DNA of 64,000 nt, taken from contig JASMHM010000001.1 of NCBI GenBank assembly GCA_030750765.1, forward strand, positions 334,696 through 398,695, written 5' to 3'. How positions within the stretch are numbered: position 1 is the stretch's first letter; every line of letters begins with the position of its first letter. Position numbers and translations under genes: made by a program. Shown piece by piece: positions 1-9,850 of the stretch. The notes beneath the pieces are model-generated. The model was not told the origin of the DNA and made no database searches. It saw only the letters and a program-made list of their open reading frames with translations. The stretch comes from Candidatus Woesearchaeota archaeon. Lineage in GTDB: Archaea; Nanobdellota; Nanobdellia; Woesearchaeales; ARS49.

Positions 1-669
1 CCACAAGAGCAAGTACACCACACAATAGAAGACAAACAACAATCCCAGATTGAATTTGGTGGCTAATGCCAAACCCGACACGACACCCAACCAAACCCAC
101 CACTTTTTGGTATCAAATTTCATGGCAAACGCAAACAACACCGCTCCTGCCGTGAAAAAAAAGCTCGTAGGCGCGTCCAAGCTCACAGTCTTGTGAAACT
201 GGACAAAGTTAGGTAATAGTATCAGAATCAGACTTGCTAATATTCCTGTAGACTGGCTGAAAAAGTACGCACAAAACAAGTACGCCAACACCACGGTGAG
301 GCCCGCAAGTAAGACGCTCGAATACCTTCCAGGATTGTACAATTCTCCTGGAAGCCTATACGGTTTCAAGCCTCCAGCAATGGTGACCTTACGCTCGTAC
401 TCACTCATGCTAAAGATGAAAGGAGCAAAAAACAAGGCGTGCAAGTATTTGCCTACCGCAGGGTGTTCCTTGAACATCACCCACCGTTCATAACTCCCAT
501 TCATCTCCGTAACACCCTCATACGTGTTCACGGCCAACCTTAGATAATTGTGCTCGTCAAACATGCCCCCTGCACCGTTCAGATCGTACAGTCGAGAACC
601 GACCATGAACAAAAATAGCAGAACAGCTAGGATAATATGGATTCGCTTCTTCGAAAGGGTGAGCTTCAC
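1..669 (-). CDS. GT-C fold membrane glycosyltransferase (PMT/ArnT-like), N-terminal part; gene runs off the left edge
   Basis: Minus-strand ORF open from position 1. Translation gives TM1 (KKRIHIILAVLLFLF) then a loop-1 acidic motif MFDEHNYL resembling the DE motif of PMT/ArnT GT-C enzymes, followed by further TM helices. Start assigned to GTG at 669 (alternative ATG 616). The ORF track omits it because it is incomplete. Confidence 0.45.
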   Translation of the reverse strand, partial: MKLTLSKKRIHIILAVLLFLFMVGSRLYDLNGAGGMFDEHNYLRLAVNTYEGVTEMNGSYERWVMFKEHPAVGKYLHALFFAPFIFSMSEYERKVTIAGGLKPYRLPGELYNPGRYSSVLLAGLTVVLAYLFCAYFFSQSTGILASLILILLPNFVQFHKTVSLDAPTSFFFTAGAVLFAFAMKFDTKKWWVWLGVVSGLALATKFNLGLLFVFYCVVYLLLW

Positions 670-720
670 GATAGATACCTGTTCCGTGGGCTTTATAAGG
701 ATTTCCTCACTTCCCCCGTC
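670..720. promoter_or_regulatory. divergent intergenic region with palindromic TATA-like box (ctttataagg, ~692-701) serving both flanking genes
   Basis: The TATA-like element lies 20-30 nt from both the GTG at 669 (minus) and the GTG at 721 (plus), the typical archaeal leaderless spacing. Confidence 0.35.
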
Positions 721-1710
721 GTGATTGTCTCACGTACACCGTTAAGGATAAGCTTCTTTGGAGGAGCTACAGACTTCCCAGGATACTTTGAAGAGCATGG
801 CGGCAAAGTGCTAAGCACCGCCATCTCACATTTTGCATACGTAACCGTACGTAAAGAAAAATTCTACGGCAAGACCATCCTGAACTATATGAAGAAAGAA
901 ACCGTAGAAAAAGTTGACGAAATCCAAAACGAAAGGTTGCGAGAATGCATGAAGTTAATAGATATCAACTTTCCTGTCGAACTATCCTTACAAAGTGACG
1001 TTCCCTCTACCGGCACAGGCCTAGGAGCAAGCTCAGCCTTCCTAGTAGGAAGCCTAAATGCTCTATGGTTTGCCAAACATGGCACATTACTCAGCAAGTA
1101 TGACCTTGCCAGCATGGCGTGTGATCTAGAAATAAACAAATTAGGAGAACCCATAGGCTGGCAAGACCAGTTTGCCTGCGCTTTTGGCGGAACAAACACC
1201 ATAGACTTCAACAAAGAAGGAGCAACCGTAGCACCCGTCAAAACAACCACGGAAAATCTAAAAATGCTCGAATCACAATTACTAGCCTTCTACACCAGCC
1301 GAGGAAGGCAGGCAGGAAACGTGCTTACCGAACAGAAAGAGAAAATAGGTGTGAACCTTTCAGCATTAGGCGAAATGAAGGCACAAGTAGCAAAAGGAGA
1401 ACAACATCTTAGAAACGGAGATATTGATTCCTTTGGTAGTTTGCTCCACGAAGGATGGCTGTTGAAAAAATCGTTAGCTTCTGGAATTTCTGACAAAGAC
1501 ATTGATGATCTGTATAACGACGCAAAAACTGCAGGAGCCACGGGCGGCAAGATCGCTGGAGCAGGCGGAGGCGGCTTCCTACTCCTCCACGTGCCTGTAG
1601 CACACCAAAATAGTGTCAGACAAGCCATGAGAGAAAAAAGTCTTAAAGAACTACCCATCAAGTTCGAAACAGAAGGAACAAAAATATATCACGTTGGAGA
1701 AACGTTCTAA
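721..1710 (+). CDS. GHMP-family sugar kinase (heptose-7-phosphate kinase HddA-like)
   Basis: N-terminal RTPLRISFFGGATD, GHMP motif PSTGTGLGASSAF, C-terminal GGKIAGAGGGGF. The track ORF begins at ATG 637 but that overlaps the divergent gene. GTG 721 gives the canonical N-terminus and sits 20-28 nt after the TATA. Confidence 0.75.
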   Translation: MIVSRTPLRISFFGGATDFPGYFEEHGGKVLSTAISHFAYVTVRKEKFYGKTILNYMKKETVEKVDEIQNERLRECMKLIDINFPVELSLQSDVPSTGTGLGASSAFLVGSLNALWFAKHGTLLSKYDLASMACDLEINKLGEPIGWQDQFACAFGGTNTIDFNKEGATVAPVKTTTENLKMLESQLLAFYTSRGRQAGNVLTEQKEKIGVNLSALGEMKAQVAKGEQHLRNGDIDSFGSLLHEGWLLKKSLASGISDKDIDDLYNDAKTAGATGGKIAGAGGGGFLLLHVPVAHQNSVRQAMREKSLKELPIKFETEGTKIYHVGETF

Positions 1711-2729
1711 GCAGGCATAGCGCCAGGAATTTCCTTAGCATCAACAACACTAGGATTCTTGTACAAGAACTTAATCAGTTCATACTGCTGTTGGTTAGCA
1801 AATACTGCAACATTAATCTTATCTGTTTTTTCGCTGCTAGCAATCAAGGTTTCGATATCACTACTCTCATCCCATTGATCTCCCTGTCCACATCTTACAA
1901 CGCAACCTGCATGTTGTGCAATCACAAATCCAGGAGAGTCGTAGGCTCCTTGCCCAAAGAGAATGTGGAAGTCGTGCGTCCCATCGGCAACCTTACAAGC
2001 CATTAGTGATGCACTTCCTGAACCTGGCTTGACATCACACGCGCCGTACGGTCGGGATTTGGATCCCACGGGGAAGGTGACCTCTCTAAAGAGTCCTTTC
2101 AAACGGTTGTTCACCTCAGGCATCCTTTCTCGGTCCGAAGAAGGCATATACGCACAACCATGCATATCTCCAAGGAAAGAAGTAATCGAAGGCGATAAAG
2201 CGAAACGAACTCGCTGCATAGAAGGCGGCGATCCTGCCGAGGTTGGGGAAGGAACAAGGACTGTTCTCTCTACGAAAGGCGCCCGGTCAAATTCATGGAT
2301 AAAGTGATCAAGGGTACCTGGCTGATACACACTAACAAACGGAACAGACGAATCTTCGGAGTGCACCAGAGCGACAACCGAACTCCAGTACCGACCGCCC
2401 AATTCTGCCACTGCCGTGCCATCCCTCGGATCTACAAGCCAGAAAGGACTGCCAGGTTTGTTTTCCAACTCTTCACCAACAAACCCGAAAGAGGGATTGA
2501 TTTGCCACAACTGTTCCCTTAGATCAGTTTCTATCGCAACATCGATGCTCGAACTGTAATTAGCCTCTGTGTCATGCAGGCCTCCAAACTGGCCCCAATA
2601 CTCTTTCACAACACACAGATGTCGTATCAGTGCCTCTTGGTTGATTTGTTGCATGGTTGTCATTAAACTGATCAAAGCACCGGAGGAATATAAAGGCGAT
2701 CCTCTACCTTTATAAGTAGAGATAGACAA
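1707..2729 (-). CDS. inositol monophosphatase/FBPase-family phosphatase
   Basis: IMPase signatures FVGEE and WLVDPRDGT (DPxDGT metal-binding motif), and a C-terminal WD-containing segment. Confidence 0.55.
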   Translation of the reverse strand: MSISTYKGRGSPLYSSGALISLMTTMQQINQEALIRHLCVVKEYWGQFGGLHDTEANYSSSIDVAIETDLREQLWQINPSFGFVGEELENKPGSPFWLVDPRDGTAVAELGGRYWSSVVALVHSEDSSVPFVSVYQPGTLDHFIHEFDRAPFVERTVLVPSPTSAGSPPSMQRVRFALSPSITSFLGDMHGCAYMPSSDRERMPEVNNRLKGLFREVTFPVGSKSRPYGACDVKPGSGSASLMACKVADGTHDFHILFGQGAYDSPGFVIAQHAGCVVRCGQGDQWDESSDIETLIASSEKTDKINVAVFANQQQYELIKFLYKNPSVVDAKEIPGAMPA

Positions 2730-2737
2730 ATAAACAC

Positions 2738-3934
2738 GTGAAAGCAGTCATTCTTTGTGCAGGAGAGGGGAGTAGAATGGGCCTTGTGGGAGAGCAGATT
2801 CCCAAGCCTTTACTCAAGCTTAATGGCAAATCCATGATCCATAGATGGTTTGATTATTTCAAAAAACACAGCATTAACGAGTTCTACATCAACACGTTTC
2901 ATCTCGCAGAAATGGTAGAGGAAGAGATCGGAGACGGCTCAAAATACGGAGTGAAGGTGCACTGGTACCGACAACCAGGAAAGATGGGCACCGCCAGCAT
3001 CCTCAAAGAGTTCAAGTTAGACGAACAGGACGAACCATTTGTTGTTGTGTTTGGGGACAGTCTAACAACACTTGATCTACAACCCATCCTTGACCATCAC
3101 AAAGAGAAAGGAGCAGACGTCACACTTCTAGGAAGAAAACACCACGAGCCATGGAGAAAAGGAGTTATCACAATTGATGGCGACCAAAGAATAACCCACA
3201 TGGTCGAAAAACCGGATCTAAAAGAGTTAGCGCCAAACCAATACTGCGTTTCTAGCATAGCCATAATCAACCCGGATATGATTAAGCATGTTGACAGCGA
3301 TCAAGAATGGTTAGGCATGGAGTTTTACCCTAAGCTTTTGGAAAGAAAATGCCATCTGACCTTCAAAGAACGCCCAAAGAACGATAACGCAGGCGATGTA
3401 AACAACACAGAAAACTTCTACAAACTAGACGCGTACCTAAGAGAAAAAGAAGGCAGCCCAAACGTGGAGGTAGCCATGATTGATAGAGATGGAACGCTCA
3501 ACGTTCGCTCCCCACAAGGAAGCTATGCCTTAGTTGACTTCCCCTTCAAACTCTTCCCCTTCGCCCTAGACAGCTTAAAAAAACTAAAGGAAGCCAAGAT
3601 CAAAAATTTACTGGTAACAAACCAAGCTTGCATTGGCAAGGGTTACCTCACGCGAGAAACCTTAGACAAGACCCACCAAGAAGCCTTTGGAGAATTGTTC
3701 GATGACTACTACGTGTGCGAACACATACACGGAACATGCACGTGCAGAAAACCCTGGCCAGACATGCTCAAAAAAGCCATCAAAGACCACAACATCGACA
3801 TCCAGAAAGCAGTCTTCATCGGCGACACCGAGTACGACGAAGCTGCTGCACTAGCGGTAGGCGTTAGATTCATCAAGGTGGACGACAAGTTTACGTTCGC
3901 GGACGCAGTTAACCAAATTCTTAGTGAAGATTAA
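2738..3934 (+). CDS. bifunctional sugar-1-phosphate nucleotidyltransferase (N-term) / GmhB-like HAD histidinol-phosphatase-family phosphatase (C-term)
   Basis: N-terminus MKAVILCAGEGSRM is a nucleotidyltransferase G-loop. C-terminal half has DRDGTLN and a Zn-binding CxH...CTCRKP motif typical of D,D-heptose-1,7-bisphosphate phosphatase GmhB. GTG start, TATA 22 nt upstream. Confidence 0.7.
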   Translation: MKAVILCAGEGSRMGLVGEQIPKPLLKLNGKSMIHRWFDYFKKHSINEFYINTFHLAEMVEEEIGDGSKYGVKVHWYRQPGKMGTASILKEFKLDEQDEPFVVVFGDSLTTLDLQPILDHHKEKGADVTLLGRKHHEPWRKGVITIDGDQRITHMVEKPDLKELAPNQYCVSSIAIINPDMIKHVDSDQEWLGMEFYPKLLERKCHLTFKERPKNDNAGDVNNTENFYKLDAYLREKEGSPNVEVAMIDRDGTLNVRSPQGSYALVDFPFKLFPFALDSLKKLKEAKIKNLLVTNQACIGKGYLTRETLDKTHQEAFGELFDDYYVCEHIHGTCTCRKPWPDMLKKAIKDHNIDIQKAVFIGDTEYDEAAALAVGVRFIKVDDKFTFADAVNQILSED

Positions 3935-3974
3935 TAAGCCATGCCCTACCTATTAGGAGATACATGATTTTTGT

Positions 3975-5108
3975 GTGAACGAAGCGTATGCAACCTTGCG
4001 TAGTGACAATAGCGTTCACGTGAGAATGGTCTTTCCTGACAACAAAGTAAAAGCAGACGGACTGCGTTTCAAGGCATGCCCTGACGTTGGCGTCCAAGTA
4101 CACGCAGATTTGCTTGCAAAACAAGGCACAGGCAAGGAAGGAAGAATTGCCTTCCCGCACTCACCCTTCAAACCTGCCAGCGCGGGTGGCGTTATTTTCC
4201 TGGACAAGGGAGATACTGCCCTAGGCAGTCTGAGAAACATCAGACCGAGATCTCACACCGTTTATCAATCATGGAATGGCGGCTTTCCTACCAAGGAAGA
4301 AGGCGTCTACAGCGCAGAAGCGTTGGCAATTACGGGCGAAAGAGAGTTCAACGAAGAGATAGTCCTTGTAACCAAAGACGGTGCATTGATTGTAAACAAG
4401 CACGACACTCGCGGATATGCACAACACCGAGCAAAAATGGCAGGTCTCGAATTTGGAGATCGCATTGTACAAGTAGAACCGCAATATGTAACCGTTGGCG
4501 ACACGCTAACTGTGGAAGACCAATCAGGAAGCCCCATCTACAGAACAAACGATTGGAACGTGGAATGGATGCTAGAACAAACAAGCAGCCTCAACTGCGT
4601 AAAGCTGGTCGTATACGATCTTCCTTCAGACGAAGTATTTCCTCTAGATTTAGAGGGTAAGGAAAGTCCTTACGAAAGATTCAACTTACCCGTTGTCCTA
4701 CTCAAACGAGAACAAGTAGACGGGGAGCGTTTTGGCGCAGTCCTTGAGGATTATGTAGCCTGGAACGCAGATCTCTCATCCGGCAAAGCAGAGTTTAGAC
4801 GCTATCAGATGCCTGAACCATGCGAAGGTCCCGATAGAACTCCAACAAAAGGAATGGTGTACGCACCAGAAGATGGATTGTCAAAAGCAATATGTAGCAT
4901 GGGCTGGAAAACGCGGACAGACAGGGGAACGCTAGACCATTGGCTAGAAGTCGAGCTTTGGAAAGAGGGGAAAATGCTCGAACAGCAGACCTGTGTGCTC
5001 ACCCAAAAAGACGTTCCCTTAGACGCACTTCTTTGCCCAGAAGCGAGCGTAGACACCACGCGAATGCAGGGTTGGGTACCTCGATGGCTCGAAGAGAGCC
5101 CCTACTGA
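3975..5108 (+). CDS. hypothetical protein (377 aa), no recognisable motifs
   Basis: Long ORF in coding-dense context with a GTG start. Embedded in the heptose gene cluster. Confidence 0.5.
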   Translation: MNEAYATLRSDNSVHVRMVFPDNKVKADGLRFKACPDVGVQVHADLLAKQGTGKEGRIAFPHSPFKPASAGGVIFLDKGDTALGSLRNIRPRSHTVYQSWNGGFPTKEEGVYSAEALAITGEREFNEEIVLVTKDGALIVNKHDTRGYAQHRAKMAGLEFGDRIVQVEPQYVTVGDTLTVEDQSGSPIYRTNDWNVEWMLEQTSSLNCVKLVVYDLPSDEVFPLDLEGKESPYERFNLPVVLLKREQVDGERFGAVLEDYVAWNADLSSGKAEFRRYQMPEPCEGPDRTPTKGMVYAPEDGLSKAICSMGWKTRTDRGTLDHWLEVELWKEGKMLEQQTCVLTQKDVPLDALLCPEASVDTTRMQGWVPRWLEESPY

Positions 5109-5147
5109 GTCCATAAACTTTAAAAACCAACCTCTTAGAATTTGCTT

Positions 5148-6146
5148 ATGAAATGCGTTGTTACAGGCGGGGCAGGATTCATCGGAAGTGCTATTGCTAA
5201 GCGATTAGAAAAAGACAATCATGACGTTGTCATCGTGGACGACTTCTCCGCAGGGTATGAAACCAACCTCAAAGGATTTTCCGGAGAGATAATCAAAGCA
5301 TCAGTCGTAGAAGCAGACAAGGTAGCTCCTGCAATTAAAGATGCAAACCTTATCTTCCATCTTGGAGCCATGAACGCCTTACCAGACTGCAGCAACGACA
5401 TGGTCGCAACCATGGAAGTAAATGTTAAGGGAACTGCTTCTTTGCTAGACATGGCAAGAAGAACCGCAGCAAAAGACTGCAGATTCGTCTTCACCTCTTC
5501 ATCCGCAGTGTACGAAGGAAGCGACAAGCTACCCAACACAGAAAGCGATCAACCAAACCCACACTTAGCATACGCAATATCCAAACTCCAAGGAGAATTC
5601 TTATGCAGAAGCTTCCACAAAAGTTTCGGACTACCCTACACTATAATCCGACCCTTCAACGTCTACGGCGAAGGCCAAGATTTTAGGCGCGAACAACCCC
5701 CAGTCATGTGCGCGCTAGCCATACCCTTACTGCAAGGCAAACAAGCAACCATTTATGGAGATGGCACCCAAGCAAGAGACTTTATCCATGTCGAGGACAT
5801 GGCAGAACTATTTGTCGTAGCAGCAACCCACCCAAAAGGAGCAGGACAAGCCTTCAACGGCGGCGTGGGAAAAAGTGTTAACATCAACGACATCTACAAA
5901 ATGATCTGCTCAGAACTCGGCACAGACAAAGAACCCATCTACGCACCAGCCCAAGGCTTGTTTGACAAGTATCCTGCATTGAAAGAAGGCAACTTTGTCT
6001 TCCGAGATGAAGCAGTAACGCACGAAAGCCTCAAAACAACCCAAGCAGACACCACAAAAACAAAAGACCTACTCGGCTGGGAACCCAAGATCAGCATGGA
6101 AGAAGGAGTTAAACGGAGTGTAGAGTACGTCAAACAGAACCTATGA
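5148..6146 (+). CDS. NAD-dependent epimerase/dehydratase (SDR extended family)
   Basis: MKCVVTGGAGFIGS Rossmann motif and a YxxxK-type segment. ATG 5148 preferred over the track's TTG 5142; TATA ~22 nt upstream. Confidence 0.8.
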   Translation: MKCVVTGGAGFIGSAIAKRLEKDNHDVVIVDDFSAGYETNLKGFSGEIIKASVVEADKVAPAIKDANLIFHLGAMNALPDCSNDMVATMEVNVKGTASLLDMARRTAAKDCRFVFTSSSAVYEGSDKLPNTESDQPNPHLAYAISKLQGEFLCRSFHKSFGLPYTIIRPFNVYGEGQDFRREQPPVMCALAIPLLQGKQATIYGDGTQARDFIHVEDMAELFVVAATHPKGAGQAFNGGVGKSVNINDIYKMICSELGTDKEPIYAPAQGLFDKYPALKEGNFVFRDEAVTHESLKTTQADTTKTKDLLGWEPKISMEEGVKRSVEYVKQNL

Positions 6147-6820
6147 TAACACTCGTCATCCCTGCATACAACGAACAAAATAGACTCCCAGACACGGTCA
6201 AGGCGTTTGCCAACTATTTTCCAAAAATAGACATCCTCATCGTGCCTAATGGTTGCACCGACAACACAGAAACCGTGGCACAAGAGCTAGCAACCAAGTA
6301 CAACAACGTAAGAACATGGGCAACCCCTACAGGAGGAAAAGGATTCGCAGTAAGAGAAGGATTCAAACGAGCCAAGCACGATCTGGTAGGCTTTGTGGAT
6401 GCAGACCTAGCAATAACACCCGAAGAGTTCGCCAAACTCCTCCCCTTTGCCAAAGAGAACGACGTCGTCATAAGCTCAAGATGGCTCAAAGACAGCAACG
6501 TAACCCAAAAAGAACCCGCCCAAGTACGCTTTGCCGGAAGGATTTTCAACCTCATGGTGCGAACCTGGTTCGGACTAAAAATATCAGACACCCAATGCGG
6601 AGCAAAAATATTCAAAACCGACTTAATGCGAAAAATCCTACCCAAATGCATTGTTAACAAAATGGCATTTGACGTAGAATTCTTGTACCACGCCAAAAAC
6701 TTCGGCGCAACCATAAAAGAAGTCCCCATCACCTGGAAGCACAACCCAGAAGAGTCCAAAACCGGCGTGTTTAAAACCGGAATAAAAATGATAGGACAAC
6801 TAGCAAGTATACGAAAATGA
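6143..6820 (+). CDS. glycosyltransferase family 2 (dolichyl-phosphate sugar synthase-like)
   Basis: VIPAYNE N-terminus, DxD (VDADL) and QCGAK motifs. Overlaps the upstream gene by 4 nt. Confidence 0.8.
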   Translation: MITLVIPAYNEQNRLPDTVKAFANYFPKIDILIVPNGCTDNTETVAQELATKYNNVRTWATPTGGKGFAVREGFKRAKHDLVGFVDADLAITPEEFAKLLPFAKENDVVISSRWLKDSNVTQKEPAQVRFAGRIFNLMVRTWFGLKISDTQCGAKIFKTDLMRKILPKCIVNKMAFDVEFLYHAKNFGATIKEVPITWKHNPEESKTGVFKTGIKMIGQLASIRK

Positions 6821-7809
6821 AAGCAGCAATAATTGGAGCAGGAAAGATGGGAGAAAAAAAGGCAGAAGCCTGCAAAGCCTGCGGCATAGACCTTGTCTAT
6901 GTAGACTCCATAAACGAAGACATGGTAGCCCAAATCTGCAAAGAACACAATGCCACGTCAAAACCATGGAGAGAATTCATCAACGAAGACATCGACCTAA
7001 TCTTTGTCTGCACCAGCCACGACGCACTCAAAGAAGCAACCGTGGCAGCATTAAATGCAGGCAAGCACGTATGCGTGGAAAAGCCAGCAGGAAGAAACTC
7101 CGCAGAAGTACAAGAAATCATCACCGCACACAATAACGCACTAGAAAAAAAATATGTAGGACTCAAAGTGAGTCTTAACCACCGCTTCCATCCCGCCATC
7201 TGGAAAGCAAAAGAACTAGCAGACAAAGGAGAGTTAGGCGAGCTCATGTTCATGACTGGAGAATACGGTCATGGAGGAAGAGACGGCATGGAAACCGAAT
7301 GGAGATGCGTCAAAAGTAAAGGCGGCGGCGGAGAACTCCTCGACCAAGGCTCACACATTATCGATCTTTACCAATGGTTCATAGGCCACCCAGACAGCGT
7401 CAACGGGTACGCACCCACGTACGCCTACAGAAACGAAAACGAACCTGTAGAGGACAATTGCTTCTTCAGAATGAGAACCGGAAAAAAATGCGGCCACTTC
7501 CATGTCAGCTGGACCATGTGGAAGAATGATTTCCGCCTAAAAATAGTCGGAGACAAGGGACTAGCCGTCATCAACGGACTCGGCAGGCACTACGGCAAAG
7601 AAACACTCACCATCTACAAACGAGGCGCCATGGGAAAGCCCTCAGAATCCTACGAATACCCGCCAGGGGATGACCCAGAACGGGACGAAAGCTTCATCGA
7701 CGAGCTCAAATACTTCCTCGAATGCATCGAAGAAGAAAAACAACCAGAAGGTAACATCAAAGAAGCTTTAGACAGCATGAAAATCGTGGAAAGCATATAT
7801 TCACAATGA
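6817..7809 (+). CDS. Gfo/Idh/MocA-family NAD(P)-dependent oxidoreductase
   Basis: MKAAIIGAGKMG Rossmann N-terminus and an EKP motif (VCVEKPA). Confidence 0.8.
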   Translation: MKAAIIGAGKMGEKKAEACKACGIDLVYVDSINEDMVAQICKEHNATSKPWREFINEDIDLIFVCTSHDALKEATVAALNAGKHVCVEKPAGRNSAEVQEIITAHNNALEKKYVGLKVSLNHRFHPAIWKAKELADKGELGELMFMTGEYGHGGRDGMETEWRCVKSKGGGGELLDQGSHIIDLYQWFIGHPDSVNGYAPTYAYRNENEPVEDNCFFRMRTGKKCGHFHVSWTMWKNDFRLKIVGDKGLAVINGLGRHYGKETLTIYKRGAMGKPSESYEYPPGDDPERDESFIDELKYFLECIEEEKQPEGNIKEALDSMKIVESIYSQ

Positions 7810-9011
7810 AAATAGGAATCCTAGGGGCATGGCATTTGGGAGCAGTGGTAGCCGCCGGACTCTGCGAGCACCACGACGTAAGCGTCCACGACCCTACGGT
7901 GGAGAGCCTCAAAGAAGGCGTTCCCGCAGTAGACGAGCCAGGAGTTGAAGAAAAATTAAAAGCAAACCTAGACAAAAGCCTGCACATCACCAGTGCAGAA
8001 GAGGCCATCAAAGACAAAGACTTTGTCATCATCGCCCATGATTCGCCTGTCAACGAAGACGACAGCGTCGACATAAGCCCCATCCTAGAAAGCGCTGCCC
8101 AGATCAAACAATACAGCAAAGAAACCATCATCGTTTGCATGAGCCAAGTACCAATAGGCACCTGCAAAAAAATAGAACAAGATCTTGGCATGCCAGTAGC
8201 GTACGTTCCTGAAAACCTACGCCTAGGAGAAGCGATGGACTGTTTCCTTAACCCGGACGTTGTTGTTATCGGAGCAGACAAAGACACAGCCAAACGAGTC
8301 AACGAACTCTACGCACCCGTCAAAGGAGAACGAGCATTCATGAGCGTGGAAAGCGCAGAGATGTGGAAGCATAGCATGAACTGCTATCTTGCGAGCATGA
8401 TAACGTTAGCCAACAACCTTGCAGACGTAGCACAAGCATACGGCGCAAACATCACAGACGTGATTGGCGGACTAAAAAAAGACCGAAGAGTCTCAGAAAA
8501 AGCCCCACTCGGACCAGGATTAGGATTCGGAGGAGGCACGCTCGGCAGAGACGTTAGCGTGCTGATAGATTTAGCAAAAGAAAAAAACATCAACGCTCCC
8601 ATGTTTAGCACCATCCTTGATTATAATCACACTCGACCTAACTTTGTGCTAGAAAAACTCAAACAAAAGGGAGCTAGCAAGATAGCAATACTAGGCCTAG
8701 CTTACAAACCAGGCACCAACACTCTCAGAAGAAGCATCGGCGTATGGCTTGCCAAAAAACTAAACGCCGTAGCCTTTGATCCAGCCATACCTACCGCAGA
8801 AGGCATAACCACCGCGTCAAGCGCAGAAGAAGCTTGCCAAGATGCTGACGCAATACTCATCGTGACTGCATGGCCAGAATTCAAGAACATAAAGTGGGAT
8901 GCTTTAAAGGTGAAGGAGAAATACATCTTGGATTGTAGAAACATGATGGACAAACAAGACCAAGAAAAAATAAGACAAGCAGGATTTGTCTACGAAGGAG
9001 TAGGCTTATGA
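7806..9011 (+). CDS. nucleotide-sugar dehydrogenase family protein (UDP-glucose/GDP-mannose DH-like) lacking the canonical catalytic Cys
   Basis: MKIGILGAWHLGAVVAAG N-terminus. The region aligning to the GGxCxxKD catalytic motif reads GFGGGTLGRD (Cys->Thr, Lys->Arg). Confidence 0.7.
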   Translation: MKIGILGAWHLGAVVAAGLCEHHDVSVHDPTVESLKEGVPAVDEPGVEEKLKANLDKSLHITSAEEAIKDKDFVIIAHDSPVNEDDSVDISPILESAAQIKQYSKETIIVCMSQVPIGTCKKIEQDLGMPVAYVPENLRLGEAMDCFLNPDVVVIGADKDTAKRVNELYAPVKGERAFMSVESAEMWKHSMNCYLASMITLANNLADVAQAYGANITDVIGGLKKDRRVSEKAPLGPGLGFGGGTLGRDVSVLIDLAKEKNINAPMFSTILDYNHTRPNFVLEKLKQKGASKIAILGLAYKPGTNTLRRSIGVWLAKKLNAVAFDPAIPTAEGITTASSAEEACQDADAILIVTAWPEFKNIKWDALKVKEKYILDCRNMMDKQDQEKIRQAGFVYEGVGL

Positions 9012-9799
9012 GCTTGCAAGGAAAAACCGCGGTAGTGACCGGAGCCGGCAGAGGCATCGGTAAAGCGGTAGCCAAAGCACTGGCAGCAGCAGGAGCCCAA
9101 GTCATGCTCGCGGCAAGAACCGAAAGTGAACTCAAAGAAACACAATCAGAAATTCCCGGAAGCAAATACGTCGTAACAGACGTTTCCCAACCTGAACAGG
9201 TAAAAAAACTCATCCAAGAAACCAAAGAAATATTCAAAAAGATAGACATACTCGTGACCTGCGCAGGCGTATATGGTCCTAAAGGTTTGTTCCACGAACA
9301 AAACTTACAAGAATGGAAGCAAGCACAAGACATCAATCTTTTAGGAACCGCAAACTGCATCCATGAAGCCCTGCCTGAAGTAGAAAGTATTGTTTGTGTA
9401 GCCGGAGCAGGCGTACCAAATCCCCTTCCAAGAGTGTCCAGCTACTCAGTATCGAAAGCAGCCATCGTCCAACTCGTCACCACCCTGGCTGCAGAATACC
9501 CAAAAGTGAAGATCAACGCCATCGCACCCGGACCGGTAGCCACAAAACTCATGCAAGAGGTGCTAGATGCAGGGCCAGAAGTTGTAGGAAAGGAATTCCA
9601 CGAAAAAAACAGCCTGTGGATGGAAGGAAAGGATCGAGTTGTCCCTCCAGAAGTGGCCGCAGACTTTATAGTAAAACTTTGTCAAGAAAGACCTTGCACA
9701 GGCAAGTATCTGAGCGCAGTATGGGACAAAGAATTGCAGGTCCCAGACGAAATGTTCACCCTGAAGCGAATTGACGGCAAAAATTTCGACAAAAAGTAA
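9008..9799 (+). CDS. short-chain dehydrogenase/reductase (SDR)
   Basis: TGAGRGIGKAVA cofactor motif and a YSVSKAA catalytic YxxxK motif. Confidence 0.8.
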   Translation: MSLQGKTAVVTGAGRGIGKAVAKALAAAGAQVMLAARTESELKETQSEIPGSKYVVTDVSQPEQVKKLIQETKEIFKKIDILVTCAGVYGPKGLFHEQNLQEWKQAQDINLLGTANCIHEALPEVESIVCVAGAGVPNPLPRVSSYSVSKAAIVQLVTTLAAEYPKVKINAIAPGPVATKLMQEVLDAGPEVVGKEFHEKNSLWMEGKDRVVPPEVAADFIVKLCQERPCTGKYLSAVWDKELQVPDEMFTLKRIDGKNFDKK

Positions 9800-9850
9800 T
9801 ATACACTGAGCCATACACAAGCTTTTAAGCCATCATCTGAAAGGCGCAAT

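Noticed and set aside
637-720. The ATG-637 start for the first GHMP kinase
   Set aside because: It overlaps the divergent GT-C gene start and its TATA box. GTG 721 gives the canonical RTPLRISFFGG N-terminus at leaderless spacing. The ATG start cannot be excluded.
885-1661. Antisense ORFs inside the GHMP kinase gene
   Set aside because: They lie fully within a motif-supported CDS on the other strand.
4271-4660. Arg-rich 129-aa alternate-frame ORF (also 6253-6657, 9394-9774, 16588-16863)
   Set aside because: These alternate-frame readings of motif-supported or longer CDSs produce R-rich low-complexity translations typical of frame artefacts.
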